DNA of 64,000 nucleotides from positions 82,321 to 146,320 of the forward strand of contig CALIQQ010000002.1 of the NCBI GenBank assembly GCA_938043965.1. The letters are read 5' to 3'. The notes under the pieces are model-generated. The model saw only the letters and a program-made list of their open reading frames with translations. It made no database searches and was not told the origin of the DNA. Below are positions 39,266 through 49,185 of the stretch, one piece after another (position 1 is the first letter of the stretch; each line of letters opens with the position of its first letter). The position numbers and the translations under genes were made by a program. The DNA is from an uncultured Candidatus Saccharibacteria bacterium. Lineage in GTDB: Bacteria > Patescibacteriota > Saccharimonadia > Saccharimonadales > Saccharimonadaceae.

Positions 39266-40093
39266 ATGACAAAACTTTTAGATGGCAAGGAACTAGCAGA
39301 ATTTATTAAAGAGCGACAGTCGCATCTTGTAAAAATGTTGCGCTCAAAAAAACAATACCCCTGCCTGGTGATTATCCGTGATTCTGATAACCCGGTCATC
39401 ACTAAATATGTTAATTTAAAATGTCAATATGGTGCCGATATCGGTATTAACGTGATTGATGAAAAAGTTGATTCCGCGCTAGCCGCAAAAACTGCCATTG
39501 AAAAGTATAATGAAGATCCAACGGTTTCTGGCATTATTGTACAGTTACCACTGCTTGACTCCGCCGAAACTGAATCACTCGTTAATCTAATTAGACCTGG
39601 AAAAGATGTTGACGGTTTAGCGAACTATGATGGGCGCGAGACCGAGCGTATTTTTGATTCTGCTACTGCCACTGCGATTAATTGGCTTCTTGCTGGACAC
39701 AACATCGAACTTCGCGAACAGCAAATTGCCATTGTCGGTCGCGGTAAATTAGTTGGCGCTCCACTGATCCGCATGTGGCGTAATTCTGGGCTTGATCCTA
39801 CAGTCTTCCACCGTGGCTCGGATTTCAGCACGTTAAAAAACTTTGATATTATTGTGACTGCTACAGGTAATCCAGAACTTATTAAAAGTGAAATGATTAA
39901 ACCAGGTGCAGTTGTCGTTGATGCTGGCACCGCTAGTGAAGGTGGGCACTTGGTTGGTGATATTAAAAAGGAAATCCGAACCCGTAGCGACCTTACCGCA
40001 ATTACACCGCGCATTGGCGGAGTTGGTCCTCTTACGGTTTCTGTCTTGTTTGAAAATGTTCTGCATGCCTGCGAGGCCAACCATGTTGATTAG
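39266..40093 (+). CDS. folD: methylene-THF dehydrogenase/cyclohydrolase
   Basis: LLDGK, GIIVQLPL, KDVDG, GRGKLVG.P, VVDAG, GGVGPLTV. Confidence 0.94.
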   Translation: MTKLLDGKELAEFIKERQSHLVKMLRSKKQYPCLVIIRDSDNPVITKYVNLKCQYGADIGINVIDEKVDSALAAKTAIEKYNEDPTVSGIIVQLPLLDSAETESLVNLIRPGKDVDGLANYDGRETERIFDSATATAINWLLAGHNIELREQQIAIVGRGKLVGAPLIRMWRNSGLDPTVFHRGSDFSTLKNFDIIVTATGNPELIKSEMIKPGAVVVDAGTASEGGHLVGDIKKEIRTRSDLTAITPRIGGVGPLTVSVLFENVLHACEANHVD

Positions 40094-40457
40094 TGGGCTA
40101 TTCTCTTGGTGGTATGGTGCCGGCTATCAGCTTTTTGCTGCTAAGCTTTGGAGTAAATTAGGTGACACTGCTGATTTTTACTCAATCTTGTCGCTTCTAA
40201 AAACTTTATTTGCACCTTATCGCCAAATCGCAGTTAGTGAAACCGGCATAAGTATTGATGCGAAAATTTTGGCTCTTCTCGATCGTTTGGTTTCTCGTCT
40301 TGTCGGCGGCTTTACTCGCATTTTCATTATTTTATTTGGGCTCATCGTCTTATTTTTACAGATAATTCTTTCGCTCTTTAGCTTAATTCTGTGGCCGCTT
40401 TTGCCGTTTACGCCACTTTTGTTCATTGTTCTCACAATTTTAGGAGTTAATCTATGA
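40083..40457 (+). CDS. small hypothetical membrane protein
   Basis: FSWWYG..LLKTLFAPYRQ..SRLVG..RI followed by TM segments; coupled to the Clp ATPase gene. Confidence 0.75.
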   Translation: MLISGLFSWWYGAGYQLFAAKLWSKLGDTADFYSILSLLKTLFAPYRQIAVSETGISIDAKILALLDRLVSRLVGGFTRIFIILFGLIVLFLQIILSLFSLILWPLLPFTPLLFIVLTILGVNL

Positions 40458-42847
40458 ATGAGTTTGATTATAATTCTTTGCGCGCTCGTTATGCTCGCCT
40501 CGGCCAACTTTTTAAGTCGCCAATTATCTTATTACTAATTTGGCTTAGTTTATTCGCCTCACTTTTTACTGGGCTAACTCTACTGATCCTGCACTCTTCT
40601 CTCGGCTGGCTCTGTTTCATCCCTGCTGTATTTTGTCTCATTTTCCTGACGATTATTGAGCTGTTACTTTCAAAGGTGCCGCTTGGTCCAACTGAAAACA
40701 TTACTGATATTTTGTCTTCTAACGCCATCTCTTTGATGGATCAAAATCCTACTCCGAATGAGCTTGCGCCAAAGCTAATTAAAACTCGCTCAGGTCGTTT
40801 TCTAGCGCTTAGATTTGGTATTGGCCCAAAACTTTTAAGCGCCATTGCTGCTGAACTGCCGCAGGACATGCGGCCAGTATTCGAGAATGCACGTAAAATC
40901 AAAACTGAAATCAATGCTACCCAAATTTCTGGCGGTATTTTAGCCGTTGCGCTAATTATGACTCATGAAAATCATGAAGCTATCCTCGGTCAACTTCGCC
41001 TCGGTCTTGCAGATTTGAAAGAGGGAATTGCTTGGTATAATTATTTGCACGGTCTAGTGAAGGACTCAAAAAAGAAGCGTCGAGATGGTGGTATTGCCCG
41101 TGACTTTACTTTTGGGTTTACGCCAATGTTGTCACGTTTTGGCCAAAATCTTTCAGCCCTGCGCAGTCAGACGACTAAAACTCAGCTTTTTCGTGCCAGC
41201 CATCTAGAGGCCATCCAGCAAATGACTGAAATTTTCAGTAGTCAAGGCCGTCAAAACGTGGCGTTAATTGGACCAGTCGGCTCTGGTCGTTCCGCTATCA
41301 TCAATGCCTTCGCTGAACAGCTACTTGATGCTAACTCTAAGATTCCAAGTACACTTAAATATCGTCAAATTTTTAAGTTAGACGCTGCAGCTCTCATTAG
41401 CGCTACTGACGGGCAAGGCGACATTGAACGGTTAATTACTAGCCTTATGAACGAGGCTTATTCTGCTAAAAACATTATCTTGTATCTTGAAAATGCGCAG
41501 CTCTTTTTTGAGACTGGCGTCGGCTCGATCGATATTTCAAAATTATTATTGCCAGTTCTTCAGGCTGGCCGTCTGCGGATTATTTTATCGCTTGATGAAC
41601 AGAAATTTTTGGAACTTTCGGCTACTAACCCAGCCTTCTCCACAGCTCTAAATAAAATTATGGTCAGCGCATCCAACGAAGCTGAGACTATGAAGGTTTT
41701 AGAGGATCAAGTTCCGTATCTTGAATGGCGTTATCACGTCACCTATACTTATTGGGCCCTGAAGGAAGCCTATCGACTAGGCAATCGTTATATCAAAAAG
41801 CTAGAGATGCCAGGGCGTGCAATGTATCTTTTAGAGAACGCCGCTCGCTACGCTAAAGATGGTCTTGTGTTCGGTGAATCTGTCGCTGAAGCTATTGAAA
41901 AAACACAGGGCATTAAGTTGCAGTCGGCAGTCTCGACTCTAGAATCACGCAACCGTCTATTAAACCTTGAGACTCTCATTCATCAGCGCATGATTGGTCA
42001 AACCCAAGCTGTCCGTGCCATTGCCGATGCTCTGCGTCGCGCTGCTACTGGTGTGCGTAATGAGAAAAAGCCGATTGGCACCTACCTCTTTCTTGGTCCA
42101 ACTGGCGTTGGTAAAACCGAGCTCGCTAAGGTATTATCTGAAGTCTATTTTAATGGTGAGTCGGAAATCATTCGTATTGATTTAAATGAGTATGTTGAAG
42201 CTAGCGATGTTAATCGTTTAATCGCTGAGGCGGCGACCGATCCAATGTCACTCACCGCTCAAGTTGAAAAACATCCTTTTTCGGTCGTCTTATTGGACGA
42301 AATCGAAAAAGCCTCACCAAAAGTGCTTACTACTTTACTTCAGCTACTTGACGAGGGTGTTCTGCGAGATTCAAAAAACCAGGAAATCTCATTCCGTGAC
42401 ACCATCATTATCTGTACCTCAAACGCTGGCTCTGACCTCATTCGTTCTCGCATCGAAGCTGAAAACTATGAATCCCTAAAAACTGAGATCGTGAACTTCT
42501 TGATTGAATCTCGCGAATTCAAGCCGGAGTTTTTGAACCGTTTTGATGAAATCTGTCTCTTTAAACCGCTTTCAAAAACCGAATTACTCCAAATTGTTGA
42601 GCTCATTTTAAGTAACATTAATCAAACTTTGGCGCCCCAAAAAATTAAAATTCATTTATCGGACCTGGCAAAAACTCGCCTTATTGACGCAGGCTATGAT
42701 CCTGCTTTTGGCGCTAGGCCCCTGAAACGGGTTGTTTCTAAAACCGTTGAAAACATCATTGCTAAAGCTAACTTAAGTGGCGAAATTCAAAGTGGTGATA
42801 CGCTAGAAATCACTGAAGCTCAAATTGAAGCTGAACTTGTGCAGTAA
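40454..42847 (+). CDS. ClpA/ClpB-family AAA+ ATPase with N-terminal TM anchor
   Basis: D2 FLGPTGVGKTE, LLDEIEKA, PEFLNRFD, FGARPL; D1 degenerate. Confidence 0.88.
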   Translation: MNEFDYNSLRARYARLGQLFKSPIILLLIWLSLFASLFTGLTLLILHSSLGWLCFIPAVFCLIFLTIIELLLSKVPLGPTENITDILSSNAISLMDQNPTPNELAPKLIKTRSGRFLALRFGIGPKLLSAIAAELPQDMRPVFENARKIKTEINATQISGGILAVALIMTHENHEAILGQLRLGLADLKEGIAWYNYLHGLVKDSKKKRRDGGIARDFTFGFTPMLSRFGQNLSALRSQTTKTQLFRASHLEAIQQMTEIFSSQGRQNVALIGPVGSGRSAIINAFAEQLLDANSKIPSTLKYRQIFKLDAAALISATDGQGDIERLITSLMNEAYSAKNIILYLENAQLFFETGVGSIDISKLLLPVLQAGRLRIILSLDEQKFLELSATNPAFSTALNKIMVSASNEAETMKVLEDQVPYLEWRYHVTYTYWALKEAYRLGNRYIKKLEMPGRAMYLLENAARYAKDGLVFGESVAEAIEKTQGIKLQSAVSTLESRNRLLNLETLIHQRMIGQTQAVRAIADALRRAATGVRNEKKPIGTYLFLGPTGVGKTELAKVLSEVYFNGESEIIRIDLNEYVEASDVNRLIAEAATDPMSLTAQVEKHPFSVVLLDEIEKASPKVLTTLLQLLDEGVLRDSKNQEISFRDTIIICTSNAGSDLIRSRIEAENYESLKTEIVNFLIESREFKPEFLNRFDEICLFKPLSKTELLQIVELILSNINQTLAPQKIKIHLSDLAKTRLIDAGYDPAFGARPLKRVVSKTVENIIAKANLSGEIQSGDTLEITEAQIEAELVQ

Positions 42848-42888
42848 AAATTTTAAAATCCCCTCTAAAGGTGTTATAATGATTATAT

Positions 42889-42965
42889 GCACCCGTAGCT
42901 CAGTGGATTAGAGCATCTGTCTTCGGAACAGAGGGTCGAGGGTTCGAGTCCCCCCGGGTGTACCA
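42889..42965 (+). tRNA. tRNA-Arg(TCG)
   Basis: gcacccg/cgggtgt acceptor, tctgt-ct TCG ga-acaga, GGTTCGAGTCC, CCA. Confidence 0.95.
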
Positions 42966-42981
42966 GATTTAAAATATATTT

Positions 42982-45213
42982 ATGGCAAAACGTAAACGTA
43001 GTAGAAAATCTTCAAGAGAGGTAGCACCCGAGCATCAACTCCCGGGTGGGTTCTGGCGTCAAGTTGGCGCAGTGATATTATTAGCACTAGCAGTTGTGTT
43101 AGTGATGACTTGGTTTGGATCCGGTGGTACCGTTCTAAAAAGTATCCATCAAACCGCCATCTATATTATTGGTTACGCAACCTACTTTATCCCAATTCTT
43201 CTAGTTTATCTTGCAGTAATGATTTTTCGCGCTGAAGGGAACCGTCTTCCGATAGTTACCTGGGTTGCGAGTTTTTTAATGGTGGCTTGGCTATCTGGCA
43301 TTTTTGGTATTCCGACCTTTAAACAACCGCATCCAACTGGTGGTGTTGTCGGCGAGGGCTTAAATACCTTAATGACTCAAATTCTTGATAAGGGTGCTGT
43401 TGCTTTTCTCTATGCTGTGTTAATTTTTCTCACTGGTATTTTTATTCTTGCTATTTCACCGGCATCAGTATTTCGTTGGATTGGTGGACTCTTCCGTAGT
43501 ACTCGTAAGGCTGAAGATCAAGAGAATGCTCGCATTGCTCGTCGTGCAAACCTTGAAGCAGCTAGTGAGAAAATTCCTGTTCGTGGTGGCATTTCTAAGG
43601 CCGTGGCTGAAGCCGAAAAAGAGAACCGTGCGCTTAACATTAAGCAGCACCCAGCTGAACCTAAATCTACCGTAGCGGAACCGAAAAAACCTGAAACTGC
43701 GCTCGTTGCCGTTTCTGATCCAAACTGGAAAATGCCAAGCACCGAACTTCTATCGAAGAAAAATAACCCACCAGACGGGGGTAACATTCAACAAAATGCT
43801 GCAATTATTCGTTCTACTTACGCTGAATTTGGCATCAACGTCGAGATTGATGGTGCCAATGTTGGTCCTCGTGTTACACAATATACTTTGAAGCCGCCTG
43901 CTGGTATTAACCTTAGTAAGTTGACAGCTCGCGATAAAGAACTAGCAATGAATCTTGCAGTTGATAAGATTCGTATCGAGGCTCCAATTCCAGGTACTAA
44001 CTCAGTTGGTATTGAAATCCCTAACATTCGTTCCGAGGGTGTTACCCTTCGTGGCATGCTGGAAAATAAGGCTTGGAAAAACGCTGAAAATCCACTCACC
44101 TTTGTTGTTGGTAAGGATATTTCTGGCAATGCGGTAGTCGGCAATCTTGCTAAAATGCCGCACCTTCTAATCGCTGGTACTACTGGTTCTGGTAAGTCTG
44201 TGATGACAAACATTTTAATCTCAAGTTTGCTTTACCGTAATACACCAAGCGATCTAAAGTTAATTATTGTTGACCCGAAGCAGGTTGAAATGGTCCAGTA
44301 TGATGGTATTCCGCATCTTCTGACCCCGATTATTAACTCGACCGACAAGGCTCTTTCGGCTATGAAATGGGCCGTGAATGAAATGGAGCGTCGTTATACT
44401 GAGATGGCTGAAGCTAAGGTGAAAAAGATTGAAGATTATAACGCAAAAATTGCAAAACATACTGCTACAGTTAAAGACGCGGATGGTAATGAGCAACAAC
44501 AAGAACAGGCCAAAATGCCATACATCGTTATTATTATCGATGAGATGGCGGACTTAATGATGCAGGCTGGTAAAGACCTTGAGGTGCCGATTGTTCGTAT
44601 TGCACAGAAGGGTCGTGCCGCTGGTATGCATCTCGTACTTGCTACTCAGCGTCCAATCGTAAAAGTGATTACCGGTCTAATTAAATCAAACGTTCCGGGT
44701 CGTATTGCCTTCGCCGTTAACAATAACCAAGATTCACGCATTATGCTCGATATGGGTGGTGCCGAAAAACTACTTGGTGCCGGTGACATGTTAATGTTGA
44801 CCACGGAAATGATGGGTAAGCCACGCCGTATCCAGGGCGCCTTTGCCTCAGACGATGAAATTGAACGGCTCACTAATTTCTTGCGCGAACAGCGTGCTCC
44901 TGAGTATAACGACGAGGTTGTTTCTCAAGCAGTTTCAATTGGCCCAGCTGCCGGAGGTTCAATTGGCGACCTTGGTCGTAAATATGATCCAAACGATCCG
45001 ATTGTGCGTAAGGCTATTGAAATTACGCTGAGTAAAGGTAAGTTCAGTACCGCTTCTCTTCAGACTTATCTTGGTAAGGGTCATGGTTTTGTATCTGGTC
45101 TCGCGATTTGGCTAGAGGAAATTGGCGTAATTGGTGAACAAAATGGCAATAAACCTCGCGACATCAACATTTCTTCGATGGAAGAATTTGACGAAATCAC
45201 TAATAACCAGTAA
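42982..45213 (+). CDS. ftsK: DNA translocase FtsK/SpoIIIE
   Basis: 4-TM N-terminus, RIEAPIPG, MPHLLIAGTTGSGKS, IIDEMADLMM, LATQRP, gamma domain. Confidence 0.96.
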   Translation: MAKRKRSRKSSREVAPEHQLPGGFWRQVGAVILLALAVVLVMTWFGSGGTVLKSIHQTAIYIIGYATYFIPILLVYLAVMIFRAEGNRLPIVTWVASFLMVAWLSGIFGIPTFKQPHPTGGVVGEGLNTLMTQILDKGAVAFLYAVLIFLTGIFILAISPASVFRWIGGLFRSTRKAEDQENARIARRANLEAASEKIPVRGGISKAVAEAEKENRALNIKQHPAEPKSTVAEPKKPETALVAVSDPNWKMPSTELLSKKNNPPDGGNIQQNAAIIRSTYAEFGINVEIDGANVGPRVTQYTLKPPAGINLSKLTARDKELAMNLAVDKIRIEAPIPGTNSVGIEIPNIRSEGVTLRGMLENKAWKNAENPLTFVVGKDISGNAVVGNLAKMPHLLIAGTTGSGKSVMTNILISSLLYRNTPSDLKLIIVDPKQVEMVQYDGIPHLLTPIINSTDKALSAMKWAVNEMERRYTEMAEAKVKKIEDYNAKIAKHTATVKDADGNEQQQEQAKMPYIVIIIDEMADLMMQAGKDLEVPIVRIAQKGRAAGMHLVLATQRPIVKVITGLIKSNVPGRIAFAVNNNQDSRIMLDMGGAEKLLGAGDMLMLTTEMMGKPRRIQGAFASDDEIERLTNFLREQRAPEYNDEVVSQAVSIGPAAGGSIGDLGRKYDPNDPIVRKAIEITLSKGKFSTASLQTYLGKGHGFVSGLAIWLEEIGVIGEQNGNKPRDINISSMEEFDEITNNQ

Positions 45214-45219
45214 TAGTTT

Positions 45220-47235
45220 ATGGACTTTTTCTCAAAAGTAGAGGAAATTAAGGGTGTCGGGCCGAAAACTTCCGCTGCCCTGAAAAAATATGGTTTTGAG
45301 ACGGTAAAGGACCTTGTTTATTATTTTCCTCGCGATTATGAAGATTATCATCAAACAACTAAAATTGTTGGTCTTGCGCCTGGTAAAGTTATGCTGCGAG
45401 CTAAAGTTAAAAATCTTAAAGTGCAATACACTCGTCGTCGTAATTTTAATATCACTAGTGGCGAAATTTATGATGAGACTGGCTCGGCTAAGGTAGTCTG
45501 GTATAACCAACCCTATCGCGCCAAAGCTTTTGATGAGAAGAAGGAATACTTTTTTACCGGTAATTTTGATTTTAAATTTAATCGTTTCCAACTCACTAAT
45601 CCAACGGTCACGCTAGCTGAAGAAGTTGCTATGATTGACCAGAGTTTTCAGCCAATTTATCCCGCTAAAGGTAGTTATAAATCCATTTGGTTTAAGAAAT
45701 TTTTTCAGTCGCTCCGTCAAGTTATTGCTAAATCACCAGATTTGTTACCTGATGTAAAACCACATACTCGTGCCGAGGCTCTTTTTAATATACATTTTCC
45801 AGAAAATTATAATGAGGTTGAGCAGGCTCGTGAATATCTCGCCTACGAAGAGCTTTTTGAATTAATTTTAGCGGCAAAATTAAATAAAAACGAAAATAAT
45901 AAATTAACCGCCGATTCGCTTCAGTTTGTTGCAGAAAATACCAAAGAGTTTGTCCAAAAATTACCTTTTGCATTAACTAGTGCACAACGCATTGCGGCCT
46001 GGGAGATTTTAAAAGATCTTGAACGAACCGTGCCAATGAACCGACTTCTTCAGGGTGATGTTGGTGCTGGAAAAACCGTTGTGGCCGCCATTGCTATTTA
46101 TCAAGCCTATCGGTCGGGCGTTCAATCCGCACTGCTGGCTCCAACGGCCATTCTGGCTACGCAACACGCAAAAACTCTCACTCAGCTGCTAGCTCCATTT
46201 GGAGTTAAGGTTGAACTTTTGACCGGTGCTACTAAAAATAAGGAAGCTTTGAAGGAAAAGTTAGAGTCCGGTGAAATCGATGTTTTAGTCGGTACGCACG
46301 CGATTATTACGGATGATACTAAATTTAAAAATTTGCGATTTGCCATTATTGACGAGCAGCACCGCTTTGGCGTTTTGCAACGCCAAAAATTATTGCTAAA
46401 AACTGGCGCCGTTGCTCCGCATTTTTTGGCGATGACCGCTACTCCGATTCCACGTTCTTTGCAGCTAACTATTTTTGGCGATCTCGATGTTTCTATTTTA
46501 TCTGAACTACCAAAAGGGCGAACTCCCATTAAAACGCAGATTCTCTCTGAGCTTCAAATGAGCGAAACGTTATATCCACATCTAATTCAAAAACTTAAAG
46601 ATCACGAACAGATTTATTGGATCTGTAAAATGATTGATGATACCGGCAAGACCGAGTCAGCCAACGTTAAAAAAGAGGCTGATAAATTAAAGCTCAAATT
46701 TCCCTCAGCACGCATTGAGTTCTTGCACGGTCGGATGAAAGCTGATGAAAAAGATGCAGTTATGTCACGTTTTCAGTCTGGCGAAATTGATATTTTAGTT
46801 TCAACTACCGTAGTTGAAGTTGGTGTTGACGTACCGAATGCTACGACGATTGTTATTATGGATGCCGAAGGTTTTGGTCTTGCTCAGCTACACCAGTTGC
46901 GCGGTCGAGTGGGTCGTGGCAAGAAGGCTTCTAGTTGCTTCTTGATTATTCAGAACGAAAAAGAGCCGAGCCTGCGCCTAAAAGAGCTTGAAAGATCTAC
47001 GGACGGCTTCTACCTCGCCGAAGTTGACTTAAAAATCCGTGGGCCAGGTGAGATCTATGGGCAGCTTCAGCACGGTGCGATGAATTTGAAAATTGCCAGT
47101 CTTGCTGATACGAAACTGATTGCACGCGCTCGTGCTGCTGTTGAAAAATTTGTCGACCAACCCGAACGTATGCTAGAATATAAGGAGCTAAGTTCTGAGA
47201 TTAAAAAATATCAACAACTAACTACTTTAAATTAA
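45220..47235 (+). CDS. recG: ATP-dependent DNA helicase RecG
   Basis: RLLQGDVGAGKT, DEQHRFGV, MTATPIPR, QLHQLRGRVGRG. Confidence 0.97.
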   Translation: MDFFSKVEEIKGVGPKTSAALKKYGFETVKDLVYYFPRDYEDYHQTTKIVGLAPGKVMLRAKVKNLKVQYTRRRNFNITSGEIYDETGSAKVVWYNQPYRAKAFDEKKEYFFTGNFDFKFNRFQLTNPTVTLAEEVAMIDQSFQPIYPAKGSYKSIWFKKFFQSLRQVIAKSPDLLPDVKPHTRAEALFNIHFPENYNEVEQAREYLAYEELFELILAAKLNKNENNKLTADSLQFVAENTKEFVQKLPFALTSAQRIAAWEILKDLERTVPMNRLLQGDVGAGKTVVAAIAIYQAYRSGVQSALLAPTAILATQHAKTLTQLLAPFGVKVELLTGATKNKEALKEKLESGEIDVLVGTHAIITDDTKFKNLRFAIIDEQHRFGVLQRQKLLLKTGAVAPHFLAMTATPIPRSLQLTIFGDLDVSILSELPKGRTPIKTQILSELQMSETLYPHLIQKLKDHEQIYWICKMIDDTGKTESANVKKEADKLKLKFPSARIEFLHGRMKADEKDAVMSRFQSGEIDILVSTTVVEVGVDVPNATTIVIMDAEGFGLAQLHQLRGRVGRGKKASSCFLIIQNEKEPSLRLKELERSTDGFYLAEVDLKIRGPGEIYGQLQHGAMNLKIASLADTKLIARARAAVEKFVDQPERMLEYKELSSEIKKYQQLTTLN

Positions 47236-47256
47236 ATTAACTATCACGAAACTAAA

Positions 47257-48081
47257 ATGTATTCTACTCTAGCTCTAAAAACCAACTCGAAGCAATCTGG
47301 CCGCATTATTGGCACGCACCAAAAATTAGACAGGCTAGCTTTTAAAATTGTTTCTAAAAACTTACCAAAAGATGTCAAGTTTCCTAGCATTAAAGATATT
47401 TTGCTGTTTGAGGGTATGGGCGGACCAGACGGTTTGAAGCGCAAATCGCCGGGTAAGGACGAGCCAATGCATTTTATTATCCCAGACAAGGATGATGGTA
47501 AATTATTCCAGATAATTAAAGACCATCAATATAATTTACGCCAGGCCTTGACTGACGGCAATGAAATCCGTGCAGCTTTTGAGGCGGCTTGGATGGCGCA
47601 TGCGATTACTGATGGCTTAACTCCGGCTCATCATTTTCCGCTTGAAGAGACTCAACAAGAGCTCATGACCGAAAAAGATTTTGTTAAAGTTTTTGGTATT
47701 CCAATTAAGGGAATTATGCATGGCCAAAATTCGCTTGAAACTTTGCGCAATAACTGGCTTTATTGGGGTACTAATGGTCACATGAGTAAACATATTGCGT
47801 TTGAGTATGGCGTAGCTATTACTTTTGCAGCCCTGCCAAGTCAACGCACTATTCCAAAAATATCTCATGCTGAATTAGCCCACCCAGATTTAGAGCGCGC
47901 TTTTTACCAATCACTAAAAACCGTTGCTAGCCTCAATATGTATGATAAGTTCCGCAAAAATGGTTGGACTACTGAGTTGGCTTTTGAAACCCGCGATATT
48001 TTGCTGCCGGAAATTATTAAAGCAATTGCCCTGTGTTGGCTTGCTTCACTACCTAATCAAAAACAAGGCAATGAAAAATAA
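47257..48081 (+). CDS. hypothetical protein, Zn-dependent phospholipase C / S1-P1 nuclease-like
   Basis: THQ, GPD, H..TD..TP.HH and H..FE motifs in the expected order. Confidence 0.55.
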   Translation: MYSTLALKTNSKQSGRIIGTHQKLDRLAFKIVSKNLPKDVKFPSIKDILLFEGMGGPDGLKRKSPGKDEPMHFIIPDKDDGKLFQIIKDHQYNLRQALTDGNEIRAAFEAAWMAHAITDGLTPAHHFPLEETQQELMTEKDFVKVFGIPIKGIMHGQNSLETLRNNWLYWGTNGHMSKHIAFEYGVAITFAALPSQRTIPKISHAELAHPDLERAFYQSLKTVASLNMYDKFRKNGWTTELAFETRDILLPEIIKAIALCWLASLPNQKQGNEK

Positions 48082-48613
48082 TTTTACTAATCTAAAAATT
48101 GTTGCCGGTGAATTGCGTGGGCGTGAAATTCTTTCCCCAGCTAATAATTCTATTCATCCTATGGGTTCTCGTGAAAGATTGGCCCTTATGAATATGCTTG
48201 GCCCGGATATTAAAGACGCTACTTTGCTCGATGTTTTTGCTGGTACTGGTGCGATCGGTATCGAGGCGCTCTCTCGTGGCGCAAAGCAAGTTGTCTTTGT
48301 CGAGAAGAATCGTTTAGTAGCTCAAATTTTACGCACCAACCTTGCCAACCTAAAACTAACAGATCGCGCAAAGGTTATTGAGCAGTCTGTTACTCTTATT
48401 GATTTTGATAATGCTTTTGACTTTGTGGTCGCTGACCCACCATATGATGAAATCCAGGATTTTCAGCCCGAGTTATTTGAGTCACTCGGACACTTAGCTA
48501 AAGATCGCTTTATTTTGTCACATCCAGCCGACTTTAAGTTAGATCAACTGCATTTAAAACTAAAATCTACTAAGGCTTTTGCCGCCGCCAGGCTTTCAAC
48601 CTTTACAAAATAG
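48071..48613 (+). CDS. rsmD: 16S rRNA m2G966 methyltransferase RsmD-like
   Basis: IVAGELRGR, LDVFAGTGAIGIEALSRGA, DPPY; ATG 48071. Confidence 0.9.
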   Translation: MKNNFTNLKIVAGELRGREILSPANNSIHPMGSRERLALMNMLGPDIKDATLLDVFAGTGAIGIEALSRGAKQVVFVEKNRLVAQILRTNLANLKLTDRAKVIEQSVTLIDFDNAFDFVVADPPYDEIQDFQPELFESLGHLAKDRFILSHPADFKLDQLHLKLKSTKAFAAARLSTFTK

Positions 48614-48688
48614 GGTTTTTTGGTTATAATATAATCTAATAAAAAAAACGGTCTATGGTGGTGATGGCTGAAAAAAGGGAGTTAAATT

Positions 48689-49126
48689 ATGGATACTATG
48701 GACCAAAAAGCTTTGAAGACACGTAAGCTTAAACTAATTATTATTGCAGTGCTCGCTGCTATTGTAATTTTCCTTGTTGGCATTTGGGCAATCTCAATTG
48801 CCACTAATGCTGGAATCGGATATCAACCAATTGAGAATCCTGAGGTAGCTAATGCCGAGGATCACCAAAATGGTGTCGAGCCAACTTCACCGGCTAACAG
48901 CTATAATCCAGTCGTTGTAGAGCCAGCATCAACCGCACCAACCGCATCAAACGCACCAACTACTCAAGCTGCTAACCCGGCTATTCCTAGCCCAGCTCAC
49001 GTACCAGTTGCAACTAATATGCCAACTACTGGCCCAGCTGAAGTTGTCTTTTCGGCCCTCATGCTCGGTGTAGTTGCTTACCTTGCGGCACTTAATGTAA
49101 AGTTTGCTCGCGAAAAACGCGCTTAA
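48689..49126 (+). CDS. small membrane protein with PxTG-like C-terminal motif
   Basis: N-terminal TM, P/A/T linker, MPTTGP + TM + basic tail. Confidence 0.8.
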   Translation: MDTMDQKALKTRKLKLIIIAVLAAIVIFLVGIWAISIATNAGIGYQPIENPEVANAEDHQNGVEPTSPANSYNPVVVEPASTAPTASNAPTTQAANPAIPSPAHVPVATNMPTTGPAEVVFSALMLGVVAYLAALNVKFAREKRA

Positions 49127-49185
49127 TTTGATCCGTTTATTTTAATTCCTAGCAAAAACTAGAAGATATGCTAAAATATAAGCAT

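Noticed and set aside
10625..48070. Upstream extensions in the ORF track for tilS, hrcA, PBP, folD, the 39906 ORF and rsmD
   Set aside because: They overlap neighbours or promoters; downstream ATGs fit the family N-termini and promoter/SD positions better.
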